This document shows positions 23,423-36,498 of a stretch of 48,784 nucleotides of DNA, one piece after another. Under the pieces are notes generated by a model that searched no databases, was not told the origin of the DNA, and saw only the letters and a program-made list of their open reading frames with translations. Source of the stretch: Ministeria vibrans ATCC 50519 (Eukaryota; Protista; Filasterea). The stretch spans positions 1 to 48,784 of the forward strand of contig CALSCP010001788.1 in NCBI GenBank assembly GCA_943704425.1, written 5' to 3'. The translations under genes were made by a program, and so were the position numbers. The first letter of the stretch is position 1. Each line of letters begins with the position of its first letter.

Positions 23423-26400
23423 ATGTGCCGCCTCATGGCATACATCGGCGTCAACATGCGAATGGCCGATTTGGTGACGCTGCCAAACAGGAGTCTTCTG
23501 CGACAGGTGTGCTTGCAAGTTCACCACTCCGCTCACAACTCATTCGTCTCTGTTGTTTGCAGTCCTTCGATTGTCGCGAGCGGAATCGCGCTCCCAACGA
23601 GCCAACCGACGCCTACCAGGCGTCCTATCTCAACGGCGATGGCTTTGGCGTGGGCTGGTACGAGAACGAGAGCGATCAAAGTTCCGACACGGCAACATCT
23701 CCCTGTGGTACGCACACTCTGCCTCCCTTCGCCTCACACACCCACACATCACCATCATTGACGTCATCGCCATGCAGTGTTCACCTCCTTGAAGCCGGCG
23801 TGGAATGATCTCAACCTGAGCCGTCTCGCCGAGAAGATCGCCTCTCCGCTCATCTTCGCACACATTCGCGCAGCGGGCCCCGGCATGCCCGTCGTCGAGA
23901 CCGCTTGCCATCCGTTTGTGTGCGGCCGCTACATGTTCATGCACAACGGCATGCTGGGCGGCTTCAGTACGACCCGACGGGCCCTCATCGAGCGCCTGGA
24001 CGCCTTCTCCTTCGACTACCTGCTCGACTGCTGCGGCACCTCCGACTCCATTGTCGCCTTCTGTATGTTCCTCTCGCTCCTCGGTGGCGACGCAGACAGT
24101 CCGCGCGAGCCGCAGTTCCTGCGACGCTCTCTTGAAGATGTCATTCGCACCATTTGCGCCGTCAACGACCAGCACGGCGTCACCGACGTCTCTCTCCTCA
24201 ACTTTGTCATTTCCGACGGACAGACCATTGTCGCGTCGCGCTTTGCCCATGCTCAGCACAAGGCACACAGCGATTCGGCGTCGCTCTACCTCGCGACAGG
24301 CACACACTTTGGGCGCGACAGTAGCGGTGAGTTTCACATGGTGCACGCAGACCGACAGATGAACATGGCCATTGTGACGTCGGAGCCACTTACGGACGTT
24401 GCGTACGACTGGATGATGGTGCCGCACAACCATTGTGTGGTCGTGACCAATCGCATGCATGTCATTATTAGCGAAACGGTCCTTCAGATCACCGATGGAA
24501 ACAGCCGCGAGCGAGAGCTGTCTCGATGCTTTGCTGCGCTGCGCACCAGCACTGCGCCCAACCTTGGCCGTCGCGAATTACCACTAACGGCAGTGGGTCA
24601 GCGTGCTCGACGAACCCCCAATGTGTCGGTGTCGCTCGAGCAATGTGAGTTCTCGGTGAGTGAGGAATGTTCGCTGGATGTGGACGAGGAGGCGATTCAA
24701 GTAGCCCACACACTCGACTGCGACTCGGACAGCGTCCTCTGCGTACATCTGGTGCATCACAACAATCATCTTATGTGCGGTCTAAACAGCGGCAAGGTGG
24801 TGTGTTGGAGCGCATCCGATAACCGTCTGGCAGGGACCGTGTGCGGCCACCAGTGTGCCGTCGTAGCCTTGCGCACCACCCCCGCTGACTCAGCCGTGCT
24901 CTTTACAGCCAGCACCGACCGCACCGTGTGCATGTGGTCTACGCGGTGGTGCTACGCCACCGTCTCCGACCAGCGTGCTCCGTTTGCCATGCAGCTGCTG
25001 CGCCTTCTTTCATTTGACCGCGGTGACATTCTCTCCATGACCATTCACAATGCAACCCTTTGTCTGGGAATGCAGTCCACCGAGGTGATCTGCTTGCCAC
25101 TCGCGAGTCTCATCGAAGCCGATGATGCGTCGCCGCCGTCGTCTAGTACGCCGCAACAGCACACGTTGCCGGACCGCCACTGTGGTGTAGTGCTGTCTCT
25201 TGAGTCGTGGGGCTCGCGTTACCTGTGCTCGGGCGGTGGTGACGCTTCAATAAAGGTGTGGGAAACACTCGAGGGGCAGCCCGAGCGCCTTGCAGGTGTG
25301 CTTATGGGCCACACCGACACGGTATTTGCCCTAGCGGCCATGGCCTCCCCACCCGATCTGCTCTTCTCCGGCTCAGCCGACGGCACCATTCGTGTGTGGG
25401 ACCAGGCATCGCTTGCCTGTCGGCACACACTGCTGGGCCACGAAGTGGCCGTTCTTGCTCTTGTCGTGTCGGGCACGACCATGTTGTGTTCGGGGGGTGC
25501 GCAAGGCACAGTGCGCCTGTGGGATCTCACCAGCTACGAGTGCATTGCGGTTCTCTCTTCGTCGTCGCAACACCGTGTGCTCTCCCTCGCCCGTTGCGAC
25601 ACCACCGGTCTTCTTTTTTCGGGCCACTCACAAGGCTCTGTCTGTGTCTGGCCGACTGCCCTTGCCTTCTTAGAAACCGCGAAAGGTCGCGACCGTCAAG
25701 CATTGAAGCCCGTTCAGAGTACCGGTCAACTTCAACCGCAGGCGCACTCCGACTCTAAACTCATCGAGCGTGCTCTACGTCGTCTCGTCGCCTTTCGATC
25801 CGTCTCCGTTGACCCCCGTCTGCGGCCCGAGTGCTGGGGCTGCGCGAAGTACGCTTGAAACAAACATGGACAGAATGGAGAGGGAGTGGAGGGAGAAATA
25901 GAGAAAGAGAGAGAAACCAAGTGCACCACAATGGATATTGCATCGTGTTTGTTTTCTTATTTATTTCTCTAGATACCTGTCGACGGTGCTTCAGTCGACG
26001 CTCGGAGCGAGTGTGCGACTTGTGCAAAAGGTGGACGGCTACAACCCGGTGGTGTTGGCGCGTGTGAAGGGCTCGGGTGCGACGCAGGGACGTGCACCCA
26101 TGATTTTCTACGGACACTACGATGTGGTGTCGGCAGGTCCGTTGGACCTGTGGGACACTGATCCCTGGACCATGACAGGCATTAATGGCTACTACCGCGG
26201 ACGAGGCGTCACCGACAACAAGGGACCCATCATGGCGGCCATTGTTGCCGTGAAGGGTCTTGTGGACGAAGGGGCCCTGCCGGGCGATGTGGTATTTTGC
26301 ATTGAGGGGGAGGAGGAGGCGGCGAGTGTCGGTTTCCGACAGGCTATTGAGGAGAATGTTGCTTGGATTGTAAATGGCGAAGAAGAAGAGGCAGGCGTGC

Positions 26401-27191
26401 CAGCGCCGTTGTCGTCGTCATCGCTGCCACTCTCGCCATCGCCAGTCGCGACCAACAATAGTAGTGGTGGTGGTGGTGGCGGTGCAGTGGCGCACCCGGG
26501 TGACATTGCGGCCATTGTCATTTCGAACACAACGTGGGTCGGTGAGAATGTTCCCTGTCTCGTGTATGGTATGCGTGGTGTGATTGACCTGGAGATTGAA
26601 GTGAGTGGTCCCGCGCGCAATTTGCACTCGGGTGTGGATGGCGGGGTGATCTTTGAGCCACTGAGCGATCTGCTGGCGCTACTGAGTTCGCTAGTGGACT
26701 CGCGTGGCATGGTGCTCATTCCGGGGTTCTATGAGGAGGTGCGCCCCACCGAGGACTACGAGGAGGCTCTGTACAGTGACATCAAGTTGAATGTGGACGA
26801 GTACAAGCGCGGTCTGGGCGTCTCGTCGCTTGCGTGCGACGAGTCTGCGCAACGTGTGCTTGAGCACCGCTGGCGCGAGCCTGTGCTGAGTGTGACGGGA
26901 GTCCACACGAGTGCCGATGCGGCCACGACAACACGGCTCATCCCGCACACAGCCAAAGGCCAAGTGACCATCCGCTTTGTGCCGGACCAGGACGCGACGC
27001 ATCTTATTGAACTGCTTCACAAGCACATACGCCACGAGTTTGCCAAGCGCCGCAGTGCCAATACACTGCAGCCACTGCGCACACTCAAGGTCGGCGACTG
27101 GTGGCTGGGCGACCACGCGTCCAAGGTGTACCAGTCGGCGGCAGCGGCTCTTGAGAAGGAGTGGGGTGAGAAACCTCTCTTTGTGCGCGAA
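23423..27191 (+). CDS. DUG3-type class II glutamine amidotransferase fused to DUG2-type WD40 + M20 peptidase; last exon not found
   Basis: N-terminal MCRLMAY, NGDGFGVGWY, PAWND.NL, FAHIRAA, CHPF, MHNG; WD40 repeats (GH...SGSADGTIRVWD); M20 motifs YGHYDV, GRGVTDNKGP, EGEEE, HSGVDGG. GATase and WD40 parts share one exon. Last visible donor at 27192. Confidence 0.9.
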
Positions 27192-27269
27192 GTAAGACTT
27201 TTCATCCTCACCATCGTCATCATCATCATCATCATCATTATCGTCGTCGTCGTTGTTTTTGTCTACTCG

Positions 27270-27720
<451 letters not shown>

Positions 27721-27741
27721 GTCTCTGCTTCTCTCACTTAC

Positions 27742-28084
27742 TCGCGTGACGAGAAAGGCCGGATCGGTGATGCGTTCGGGGCCCACACGAACGTGGCCGT
27801 GCTCCACGAGCGTCACCGCCGCCTTGACTGTCTCGGCCATCTTGAGACGCACCAACACAACGGGCAGACGCCGGCGACAGAAGGCAGAGGCATTCAGCTT
27901 TTCGCACTGACTCAGACTCTTTTTGGTTGTGATGAGTGCCATGTTGTACAGTTTGTCCAGAAGCAGGTCCGTCGTGACGATTCGCGTGGGGTCGCTGGAC
28001 TCCAGAGCCGACAGCTTGTTGGCCAGTGCCCGAATCATGCCGCACATCTTGTTGTATCTGTGAAAGGGAGAATGAGAAAAAAAG

Positions 28085-28115
<31 letters not shown>

Positions 28116-28262
28116 GTTTTTGTCGTACTTGGCGTAATCCTCGCGACGCTGAATGTGGTAGCGTCGCAGGACCTTCACTTCACGAATGTTTTGATCGCTC
28201 TTCCATTGGATGAAGTCTACTTTTCGTAGAAGTCGCTGCTCGTGGTGTTTGAGTTGGCGCAT
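27742..28262 (-). CDS. IMP3: U3 snoRNP protein Imp3 (S4 family); last exon not found
   Basis: [56 protein letters not shown]. Exons 28262-28129 and 28057-27742, then a GTAAGT donor. Confidence 0.95.
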
Positions 28263-28502
28263 TGCAAACGACCCGCGATATATAGATTATAGAACGATGG
28301 CCGCCTCAGTGATCCTGTTGTCGCCGCAGACGGTGCTCACAACACAATGATAACTGATAAGTGTCAAGAAAGAATATGATTCAGAAATGAGAATTGTGAA
28401 CTGTCATTTGAGAAATCTTTTATGAGTCGTAAGTCATTTCAGTGATGAAGGAAACTTTCTTCTCAATAAGTCACAATTCACATCGTTTCTCCTCTCGTTG
28501 AC

Positions 28503-30911
28503 ATGCTCTTACGACATGTCTTGAGGAGAGCTCGGGTGCGTGGAGGTGTCGTGGTGAGAAGACATGCTTCGTCGGGCACGAGCCAACCTAAATCGCTGGC
28601 GACCCTTCGACGCGCGAGTTCGGATGCCTTTGAACGATTTGCGCAGACGCAGCGAGCGCTGCGCGACGCTTATCGAGACATACCACAGCAGTCGCTTCCC
28701 CGGTTGATTTCGGGCGCGGATGCTGCCGCACACGACACGTCGATGCCCATTTACGAAACACTCCACAATGTCGCACCGCTGCTGCACGAAGGAAATCTCG
28801 AGCGTGCCGTCGCCATTGTCGCGTCGTTTGAGCACTATCGGAGGCGCGGCATTGAGTCGTCGCCAATGGACGATACGACCCACGAAAAGCTGTATGCCCT
28901 TGTGAATGAGGCGATGCTGAGCCAGGGTAACGTTGATCTCGCACGCATCCTCGCCGAACAGCTGCAGCCGCTCGAGTCTCCCAGCACCGCCTGGCCCACG
29001 CTCTACGAGGTGGGACGAGCGTCATCCATGGAGATGCTTGAATACCGTCGAGCGCACCTGGTCATCACGCACGGCCTGCTGGCGCTCTACGATGGCGATC
29101 GACCGACGGCGAGCGAGACACTCATCAATGTCGCCTCGTCAAACATGTGTGCTCTCTATGTATTCCCCTCCATGATCGAAGGCTTTGTCAAGCTGCGCGA
29201 CCGAATTGGACGGGTTGACGAGGACTCGGAGCACCTCAGCAAGTGGTTCTGCTACGAGGTGTGTTCGCTGATCCTGCGCGAAGTGCACCGCATGCCTGCG
29301 CACGCCTGCAACGGCATCAACCCCGCCGACGAGATCCTCGTTACTTCCCTTCGCCGATGCCACCCGCGTCACGCCGTCTTCCTTGTCGATCTCTTTTCCG
29401 CTGCTCACGAAATGGGTACGACGCGCCTTGAAAAGAACAATGATAACTGATTTTTGTTGTTGTTGTTGTTGTTGTTGTTGTTTTCAGGTCTGAAGATTGG
29501 CCGACTCTCGTTTGTGACTGCCATTGCCATTGTACAGCGCTCGATATACCCATGGGCAGCACTGCGACTCCTCAAGCTCATGACAGACTCGTACGCAAGA
29601 AAAGTGTCTGTCTCGGCCACTCTCATTTCTCTGCTTAGGGGCATTGAGCCAGACTCGCGCGTGTTTATTGCGCTGCTGCGCGGACGAAATGCTCAAGACC
29701 ACGCGAGCGTACAAGCGCTACTTGCTTCGGGTGGGCGGAAAACATCGGATGCGGTGAAGAATGAGGCAATTCGGGCACTGTCGCAGCACCCGTCGGGGCG
29801 TGCGCTGGCCATGCAGCTGTATGACGAGCTGTTGCGCTGTGGAGGCACCCGTCCGCAGACTGTGGTCAACATGATGTTTCTGGACCGACGCTGTGGTGAG
29901 TACGACTCGGCGTATGGGCGCGCCGAGGAGTACGTTGCGCAGACGCAGCGGCTCGTCGCCGACGACGATGCGCTGGCGCTGGCCAACGCACTCGACCGGG
30001 GCATTCTCGTGGAGCTCATTAAAACACATAGCGACACAGGTTTCTTCCAAGGCGTCGTGCAGATGCTCGACGCCATGCACCGCGTGTGTGCACACCTTAA
30101 TGCCGCCACCGTCATCTATGTGACGGGGGCCGCTCTGCGTGCCACACGTGTTCACCAGCGACGCCTCCAGCGACACCAGCAGCGCGTCTCCTTTCAGCTC
30201 GATGATCCAGACCCGTCGTCGTCATCAGTGCCATTGCAAAGCAACGGTGTTCCCCTTCCACCCTTCCTACAGACACCGCCACTGCTTGCACAGGCAACGG
30301 TGCACACACCCGACAGTCCCTCTGAGCTTGCCGATCAGTTTGTGACGCTTGTCTCGGCGCTGCACGATCCAGCGTCGGCGTTGCTGGACACGCGCCCGCC
30401 CCTGCACGAGCTCGATCCTCTGGCGAGGGCGTTGGCGGCAGTGCCGTGGACGCTACGCCCGACGCTCTCGGTGGCACCGTGGGAGCTGGACGAGGAGCGC
30501 ACGGCATGTCTGCGTGCGACGGATCAGGCCATGGAGGTGTTGTCGGGCGTGCCAGCGTCGCTGTGGTCGGTCGCCGACACAGACCTGCAGGAGCTGATTT
30601 CGGCGAGCATGGAGAGTGCACTGCACGTGTATGCGAACGAGGGGCGCGAGGAGGGAGTGGCTCGGGTTGTGCGTTTTATGGAGGAGAGTGACGTGCCCCC
30701 CAACGACCGTCACTACGGCGCGCAAGTACGTCTGCTTGAGCTGCGCAGCCGCACACGCCCATCCCTCGCCACCGCTCTGGCCCACCAGGCCCGTGCCCTT
30801 GTGGACACCATGGCTGCCGCCCATCTCCAGCCCGACGTTGAGATGCTTCGTGCCCTCGCCGACATCCACAAGAATGCCCGTGACTTTGTCCTGCAAAAAG
30901 CGGTAAGCCGA

Positions 30912-30946
<35 letters not shown>

Positions 30947-31080
30947 CTGATTGTGATTGATTAACGACATTCTTCGTTCTTCTTCTGTTTTGCTCTGACT
31001 CTCACCACGCATGTCTTCAGTACGAACGGGAGTATGTGGATGCGTGTGCAAAACGACAGACTGGTCAGTGGCGTCGGTGA
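28503..31080 (+). CDS. Helical-repeat (PPR-like) protein with probable mitochondrial presequence
   Basis: Arg-rich N-terminus MLLRHVLRRARVR..RRHAS; degenerate PPR-like units (GIEPDSRVFIALL, DVPPNDRHYGA, HLQPDVEMLRAL). Introns 29416-29487 and 30903-31020. Confidence 0.6.
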
Positions 31081-31280
31081 GCGGATAATTTATGTCAATG
31101 TGCAATAAACAAACTTGAAACATTAATAAGATACTTCCGGTTGAATTTACATTTTACAGCGCGCATCTCTTGTCTACAGTGAGTGGTCACTGCAATCTGC
31201 AATCACTAGCCAGAGTCCAAATGTGATGCATCGGCTGCCGTAGTGAAAAAATCTGAATCAGATTTAATCACATCTTTTCT

Positions 31281-32033
31281 ATGAAACGCTCACACCATGT
31301 CGCATGCGACGCTCTCGATCACGACACCGGACACAAGAAGAAATCAAAGGGGAGCGCGTCCGAAGTCCTTATTCAGCCAGTGAGTGTGGCCGGTGGATTT
31401 TTGTGCGTCGCAAATCGTCGCAGACTGTCCCAAAATATCGTGACCGCTGTGCATGCGGCGCGACCGCCACTATCGCCAGCCGTAGGTTCTCGAGCAAAAG
31501 TAGAGATTGTTGACGTCACCAGTCGCGGAAGCTTGCCCTTTGTGGCGCTCTCGCCTTTTTATGATCACGGTGGAATTCCAGTGCCTTTCGTTGTCCCAGC
31601 GACGACGTCGCGAACCGTCGAGGGCATTTGGCAAGGTCTTAAGCTTGTTGATGGTGTGGGCAAGCCGGACCAGGAGCGATTTGCTCGCACGACTCGTCTT
31701 AAGCTGCAACGAGGCAAAAAGGTCAAAGGACATTTTGGAGGCGATGGCCAATCTACTCTTGGCTACGGCGAGGCACGTCGCCAAATCTATGTACCCGCCT
31801 ACACAGAGATGCTTCGACGCCCAGCTGCTCAGGCAGCTCTGAACGCGATTGTCGCCCTCGTGCGCAGCGGTGCTAGTGTCGTCCTGCTGGACTATGCGAC
31901 GCGCGACGTTGAAGACTTGTCTGGACCCCTTTCCCATGCCCTCTTGGTCCACAAGCGCGTCGTGGAGTTGTTAGAGGAGGATAATAAATGTAATAAGGCA
32001 GGTGTGCAGGGGCGAAAGGATGTGTGTGTCTGA
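31281..32033 (+). CDS. DUF6939-like protein (bacterial-type, NADAR-like motif), intronless
   Basis: IVDVTSRG..LSPFYDHGGIPVPF..TVEGIWQGLK..YGEARRQIYVPAY..LLDY..PLSHALLV matches my recollection of this family; an N-terminal basic KKKSK patch. Confidence 0.7.
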   Translation: MKRSHHVACDALDHDTGHKKKSKGSASEVLIQPVSVAGGFLCVANRRRLSQNIVTAVHAARPPLSPAVGSRAKVEIVDVTSRGSLPFVALSPFYDHGGIPVPFVVPATTSRTVEGIWQGLKLVDGVGKPDQERFARTTRLKLQRGKKVKGHFGGDGQSTLGYGEARRQIYVPAYTEMLRRPAAQAALNAIVALVRSGASVVLLDYATRDVEDLSGPLSHALLVHKRVVELLEEDNKCNKAGVQGRKDVCV

Positions 32034-32324
32034 GCTAAAGAGGTTGAAGAGTGCCGGACCTGTCGCTCTCACGTCGTCTTGAAAACACATACTCTTCTAT
32101 TACAATGAGTAAGAGAGCAACTGAGCGATCCGTTATCCGATTCGTATTTTGATTGAGTATACGTGTGTGTGTGTGTGTGTGTGATTCTTAAAAATCCTCC
32201 TCGACTAATTCGCTTGTCGGTTTCAATTCTGCAATCATCCATTAAAATATTGCTTGTGGAGGGCGAAACGTCGCTTTGCCCCTTGAGACTTTGAAAAGTG
32301 ACGTCAGTGTATGCACTCTGCGAT

Positions 32325-32334
32325 NNNNNNNNNN
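32325..32334. other. Assembly gap (10 N)
   Basis: N run next to C/T/G homopolymers. Confidence 0.99.
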
Positions 32335-32466
32335 CCCCCCCTTTTTTTTTTTTTTTTTGGGGGGGGGAGTTTCTTCGGCTTCTGTCAGGACTCAACGACG
32401 TGTCTCTCTGTCGACGTCAAAGTCGATACTCTTCGTCGCTGGGATCACAAGAAGTTGAAGTGTCGC

Positions 32467-33072
32467 TCATTCGCAGGCAGCATTTTCGTCACGAATCATA
32501 ATGGAGACCCGTCGCTCGGGGCCCGCACCAATGGCGTGCGCATAGCATCGTCGCACGGTCCCAAACATCACGTACAGCGATCGAGGCGGGATCTCTATGG
32601 AGAGGCGCGCGGGCACGTCCGGCGGGAGGGGGCGCTGCCGTTCGGATTCGTCGGCAACCGTCAACAAAAGCGTTCGTGCCGAAACCAGGCTCAGAGACGC
32701 GACAATGTCGCCGCTCGCCGTCGCATGGTCCACATGGGCATTGATGACGCCCCGATTCGCCTGCAAGTCGAGAGCGTGCGGGGGCAGAAAGGCGCAGTCG
32801 GGTCTGTCGGTCGCCGTGCGAATCGTGGCGTACACCCCTTCGAACACTTCCAGGGCGGCCGGTGTCCATCGAACGGCGGACGTCTCGCGAAAGCCTGATA
32901 TCACGCCGTCCCAGTGACCGCTCTCGTAGCGCATCTTCCGCAAGTGGTCGTGGGCATTGGCGAGGAGCAGCGCATGAGACGCTTCGCTGATCGCCTCGGG
33001 AAAAAGAACAAACCCGAGCGCGCGTGCTGCTGCTGTCGAGGCACCGCTAAGGCGTGGAAGTGTACTGTACAT
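32467..33072 (-). CDS. ALKBH7: AlkB homolog 7 (2OG-Fe(II) dioxygenase), intronless
   Basis: YESGHWDGVISGFRE, HALDL, GVINAHVD, ASLSL, RSLYVM, YAHAI, RRVSIMIR. Confidence 0.92.
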   Translation of the reverse strand: MYSTLPRLSGASTAAARALGFVLFPEAISEASHALLLANAHDHLRKMRYESGHWDGVISGFRETSAVRWTPAALEVFEGVYATIRTATDRPDCAFLPPHALDLQANRGVINAHVDHATASGDIVASLSLVSARTLLLTVADESERQRPLPPDVPARLSIEIPPRSLYVMFGTVRRCYAHAIGAGPERRVSIMIRDENAACE

Positions 33073-33231
33073 AAATGTTATGACTAAGAAGTAAGTAAGA
33101 CAATAAAGACCGTGCTACGTCCTCATAAAAAATAAATGAAACCAATTTCAAATTCAACTCCTCCCAAATCACCCAAATTATCAATTTATCATTCAAGAAT
33201 CATTTATCGTCTTCCCACACCCGCACTCGAT

Positions 33232-34993
33232 ATGACTCGTGTCACTGTTGCCTTCACTGGCGACAACACTCGACTTGACACTGCCCAAGACGCCGAACCG
33301 GTATCGACTCGTCTCCTCTCTGATCCTCTTCACCTCCCTTCTATTCATCCTCCGCCCTTCGCCCATACCCTGCCTTCAACCCTCTCCTACCCTCCCCCTT
33401 ACTTGCCTACCTTCTTCTCGTTCAAACTCAAGTCATCATGTTTCAACAAAAAAAAAACCGTTCTGAAACGCTATTCTTTGTCCTCTCTCCACCTCACCTG
33501 TGCAGTTCTGCCAACGAATCCGCGACGCCGGCGACAATCTTGGCGTACTTGCATTGCACGGCAGCACAGTCGGTACGACCCATGGTGCTCCATACACTCA
33601 CACGACTCACACTTACACCGACCCTTTTTTTTTTTTTTTTTTTTCTCCCCGTTTGTCGCTTCCTCCCTCGTCGGATGGCTGGCAGGTGTCGATGCGGCAC
33701 AAGCCATTGCGGACGCACTGCGCGACGGCGGCGTCAACTTGGACGTTGCCGACTTCCACGACATGTTCACTGGACGGCTACTGACGGAGATCCCGGCAGC
33801 GCTCATCTCGCTGGGCAAGTCGCTTGTGACCATGTCGCACCTCACCGAGCTCAACGTCAGCGACAACGCTTTCGGTCCCATCGGCGCCGAGTCCGTACGC
33901 TCCCTCCTTCGCAACGCCCCCAATCTGAGCGTCATGCGGTTCAACAACAACGGTCTGGGCATTGGCGGTGCCAAAATCCTCACAGAGACGCTGAGCGAGC
34001 GTTACAACAGTGCTGAAAACCTGGCGCGCGTACGTGTCTTTGTTGCCGGGCGAAACCGGCTGGAAAATGACGGATCTAAACCTCTGGCAGGTGCATTCGC
34101 ACTGGCGGGCACACTAAAGGTAAAAAAAACCCTAAACATTTGTCATGCTTCTTTCAGTACTTGGCGCGTCTTCCGAATGGCGTTCGTCGCATCTCGTCTC
34201 ATTCGAACATTACATACCAATCAAAAAGGGCCATTGAGAAGACCAACATTGGTCGCTTTGCTTATCTGTATTTGAGAAGAAGAACTGACACCCTCCATCA
34301 TGCCGTGGACTTTGCTTTGGCCAGGAACTGCGATTGCCGCAGAACGGAATCCACGCGGCAGGGATCCGGGCGCTTGCGGAGGCGCTGGAACTCAACGCGG
34401 CCATTGAGGTGGTCGACCTCAACGACAATGTGTTCACACCCAAGGGAGCTGCTGCCATGGCCCGTGTCCTCCCGCGCCTCACTCGTCTGCGCGTCCTCAA
34501 CTTTGGCGATTGCATCCTGCGCTCTGCCGGCGCCATCGACGTCCTCAACGCCATTGCCGCTCTCGAGCACCTCGAAGAGTTGGACCTGTCGTACAATGAA
34601 ATGGGCGATGAGACAGTTGACGCGCTGCTGAGCGCACTCGCCAACAAGACACGCCTGGTCAAGCTCGAGCTCAACGGGAACGCACTCTCATCCGATGCCA
34701 TTGACCGTATTCGTGACGCCGTTGACTGTCTCGGCTCCGTCAGTGACATGGAAGATGACGACGACGATGACGACGATGACGACGATGATGACGACGACGA
34801 CGATGACGACGACGATGACGATAGTGAAGGCGATGATAATGAGCAAGACGACGACCACACGACAACCGCCATCTCGTCTGTTGCATCCACACCCGCCAAG
34901 GACTCCCCTGCTCCACCTGCACCGGTTCTTGACGATGACGATCTCGCCGATGCTCTTTCAAAGAGACTCTCACTCGGCGGTAAAGATGAGTAA
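33232..34993 (+). CDS. RANGAP1: Ran GTPase-activating protein (LRR plus acidic tail)
   Basis: Exons 33232-33300, 33506-33572, 33686-34119, 34325-34993. DMFTGRL, SDNAFGP, NNNGLG, GRNRLEN, PQNGI, and a poly-Asp tail. Confidence 0.95.
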
Positions 34994-35129
34994 TAAAATC
35001 AAAACGCTTTTTATTTGTGTAGAAAGTCAATTAGTATTGTTTTCCTATAGTAGGCGCCAAAGTGACAATGTCACTCAATTCATTTTTATTCTACGTCATG
35101 ATTTACAAGAAATTTATACAAAAATGTCA

Positions 35130-35638
35130 TTATATGGCCACGTTGATAAAGGGTGCAATGTCGTCGGGCAAATGTGGTTTGCGCAGCCACAGGTCCGTTG
35201 CGAAACACACATGCCGCATCACCGGCTCAAGCACACGCTCATCTTCGTCGCTCATTGGCGCTAGCACAAAGTCCGCCACGTCGCCCATCTTGTCGCCGTT
35301 GGGGCGACCAACGCCGATGAGCAGTCGTGCAAAGTCTTGTCCGCCCAAACACCGCTCAATCGAGCGCACTCCGTTGTGTCCGCGGGCACTCCCGCCCTTT
35401 CGAAACCGCACCCGTCCCATGGGTGTGTCGATGTCGTCCGCAATCACCAGCAAGCGCGTTCGTTTTGCATGTTGACTATACCACCATTGGAACACACAAT
35501 GTTAATATTAATTATTATTATTACATCCAAAACACACAAGAGCATCATACAGCACAGTTAGTGCAATACATCCCGACACATTTTCTTCAGCACGGCTCTC
35601 ATCATTCGACAACACGATCACAACTCACGCGCACTTTT

Positions 35639-35698
<60 letters not shown>

Positions 35699-36084
35699 NN
35701 NNNNNNAACGAATGAAACAGCCAATGAGTGGACGAGAGAAAGGAGGGAGCCCTCCCCTCAAGCAACATCGCAAACAGACCGCTGAGCTGCCACCCCAACG
35801 CATTTCGCATCCAACGCACAACCACTCCTCTACCTGTGCAAGAAGCCGCCCACACGGCTGCCGCACACGTTCATGAATCCGCCCGGCTTGAACAGCGACA
35901 CCCTGTTGCTGTGGCGGACCACCTCCAAGGCCCGTCCCTGCGCCACTCTCTTTGCTCCATTTGCCTCAAACGCCTTTGCAAGCGCATCAATCGCCAAAAA
36001 TCCCACATTATGCCGCGTCCGCGCATAATCCGCCCCAGCATTGCCCAACCCGGCAATCACCAGACGTCCGAGGCCCGCCGACAT
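35130..36084 (-). CDS. PTRH1: Peptidyl-tRNA hydrolase (bacterial-type Pth1, probably mitochondrial)
   Basis: IAGLGN, TRHNVGF, KPGGFMN, GGSARGHNG, RLLIGVGRP, DFVL; one phase-2 intron containing a CA repeat and an N gap. Confidence 0.92.
35641..35706. repeat. (CA)n microsatellite ending in an 8-N gap
   Basis: About 29 AC units, then N at 35699-35706. Confidence 0.95.
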
Positions 36085-36498
36085 AGCACCGACAAAATAA
36101 TCGTGAGACAAAAGAAAAAATATGTCGAACAGTCGAATGATCAGCAAATTCTAAAGAAATAATCCCACATTTTTGTGTCGCATCCTCGGGCTCCACATGT
36201 GTCTGTATTGTGTCATGCTTTTAGCTTTATCTCACTCAAATCTCAGCATTCCCAGCAATAGCCATTGCTCATTCGAAATACTCTTTCGTCTTTTGATTTT
36301 TGAAGCTTATTAAAGCTTGGAAAGTTACTCAGATGTCTGGGCTCAGCTGAGCTGCTATATGCTTATCGCTGTATGTTGTGTTGGCGCTATTCGTTTGTGA
36401 TTCGTTTGTGAATGAATCTTTTTTTTTCCTCAAATGAATAAATTTTACAATCAACAAAAGATTAAAGATAAAAGATTACAATATTACTGATCTTTTGG

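Noticed and set aside
28292-28350. In-frame ADGAHN after an AG, resembling the M20 DGAH motif, as the missing DUG exon
   Set aside because: Lacks the preceding GG-x-x-P segment and the following NE; lies in the IMP3/PPR promoter; probably chance.
32034-32466. Possible small gene between the DUF6939-like gene and ALKBH7
   Set aside because: Short ORFs broken by a GT repeat, homopolymers and an N gap; no motif.
34127-34136. AAACCCTAAA telomere-like motif in a RanGAP intron
   Set aside because: A single copy in A-rich intron sequence, expected by chance.
35430-35450. Pth motif IADDID instead of HD(E/D)LD as a sign of inactivation
   Set aside because: The catalytic Asp, the TRHN His and the GHNG motif are retained.
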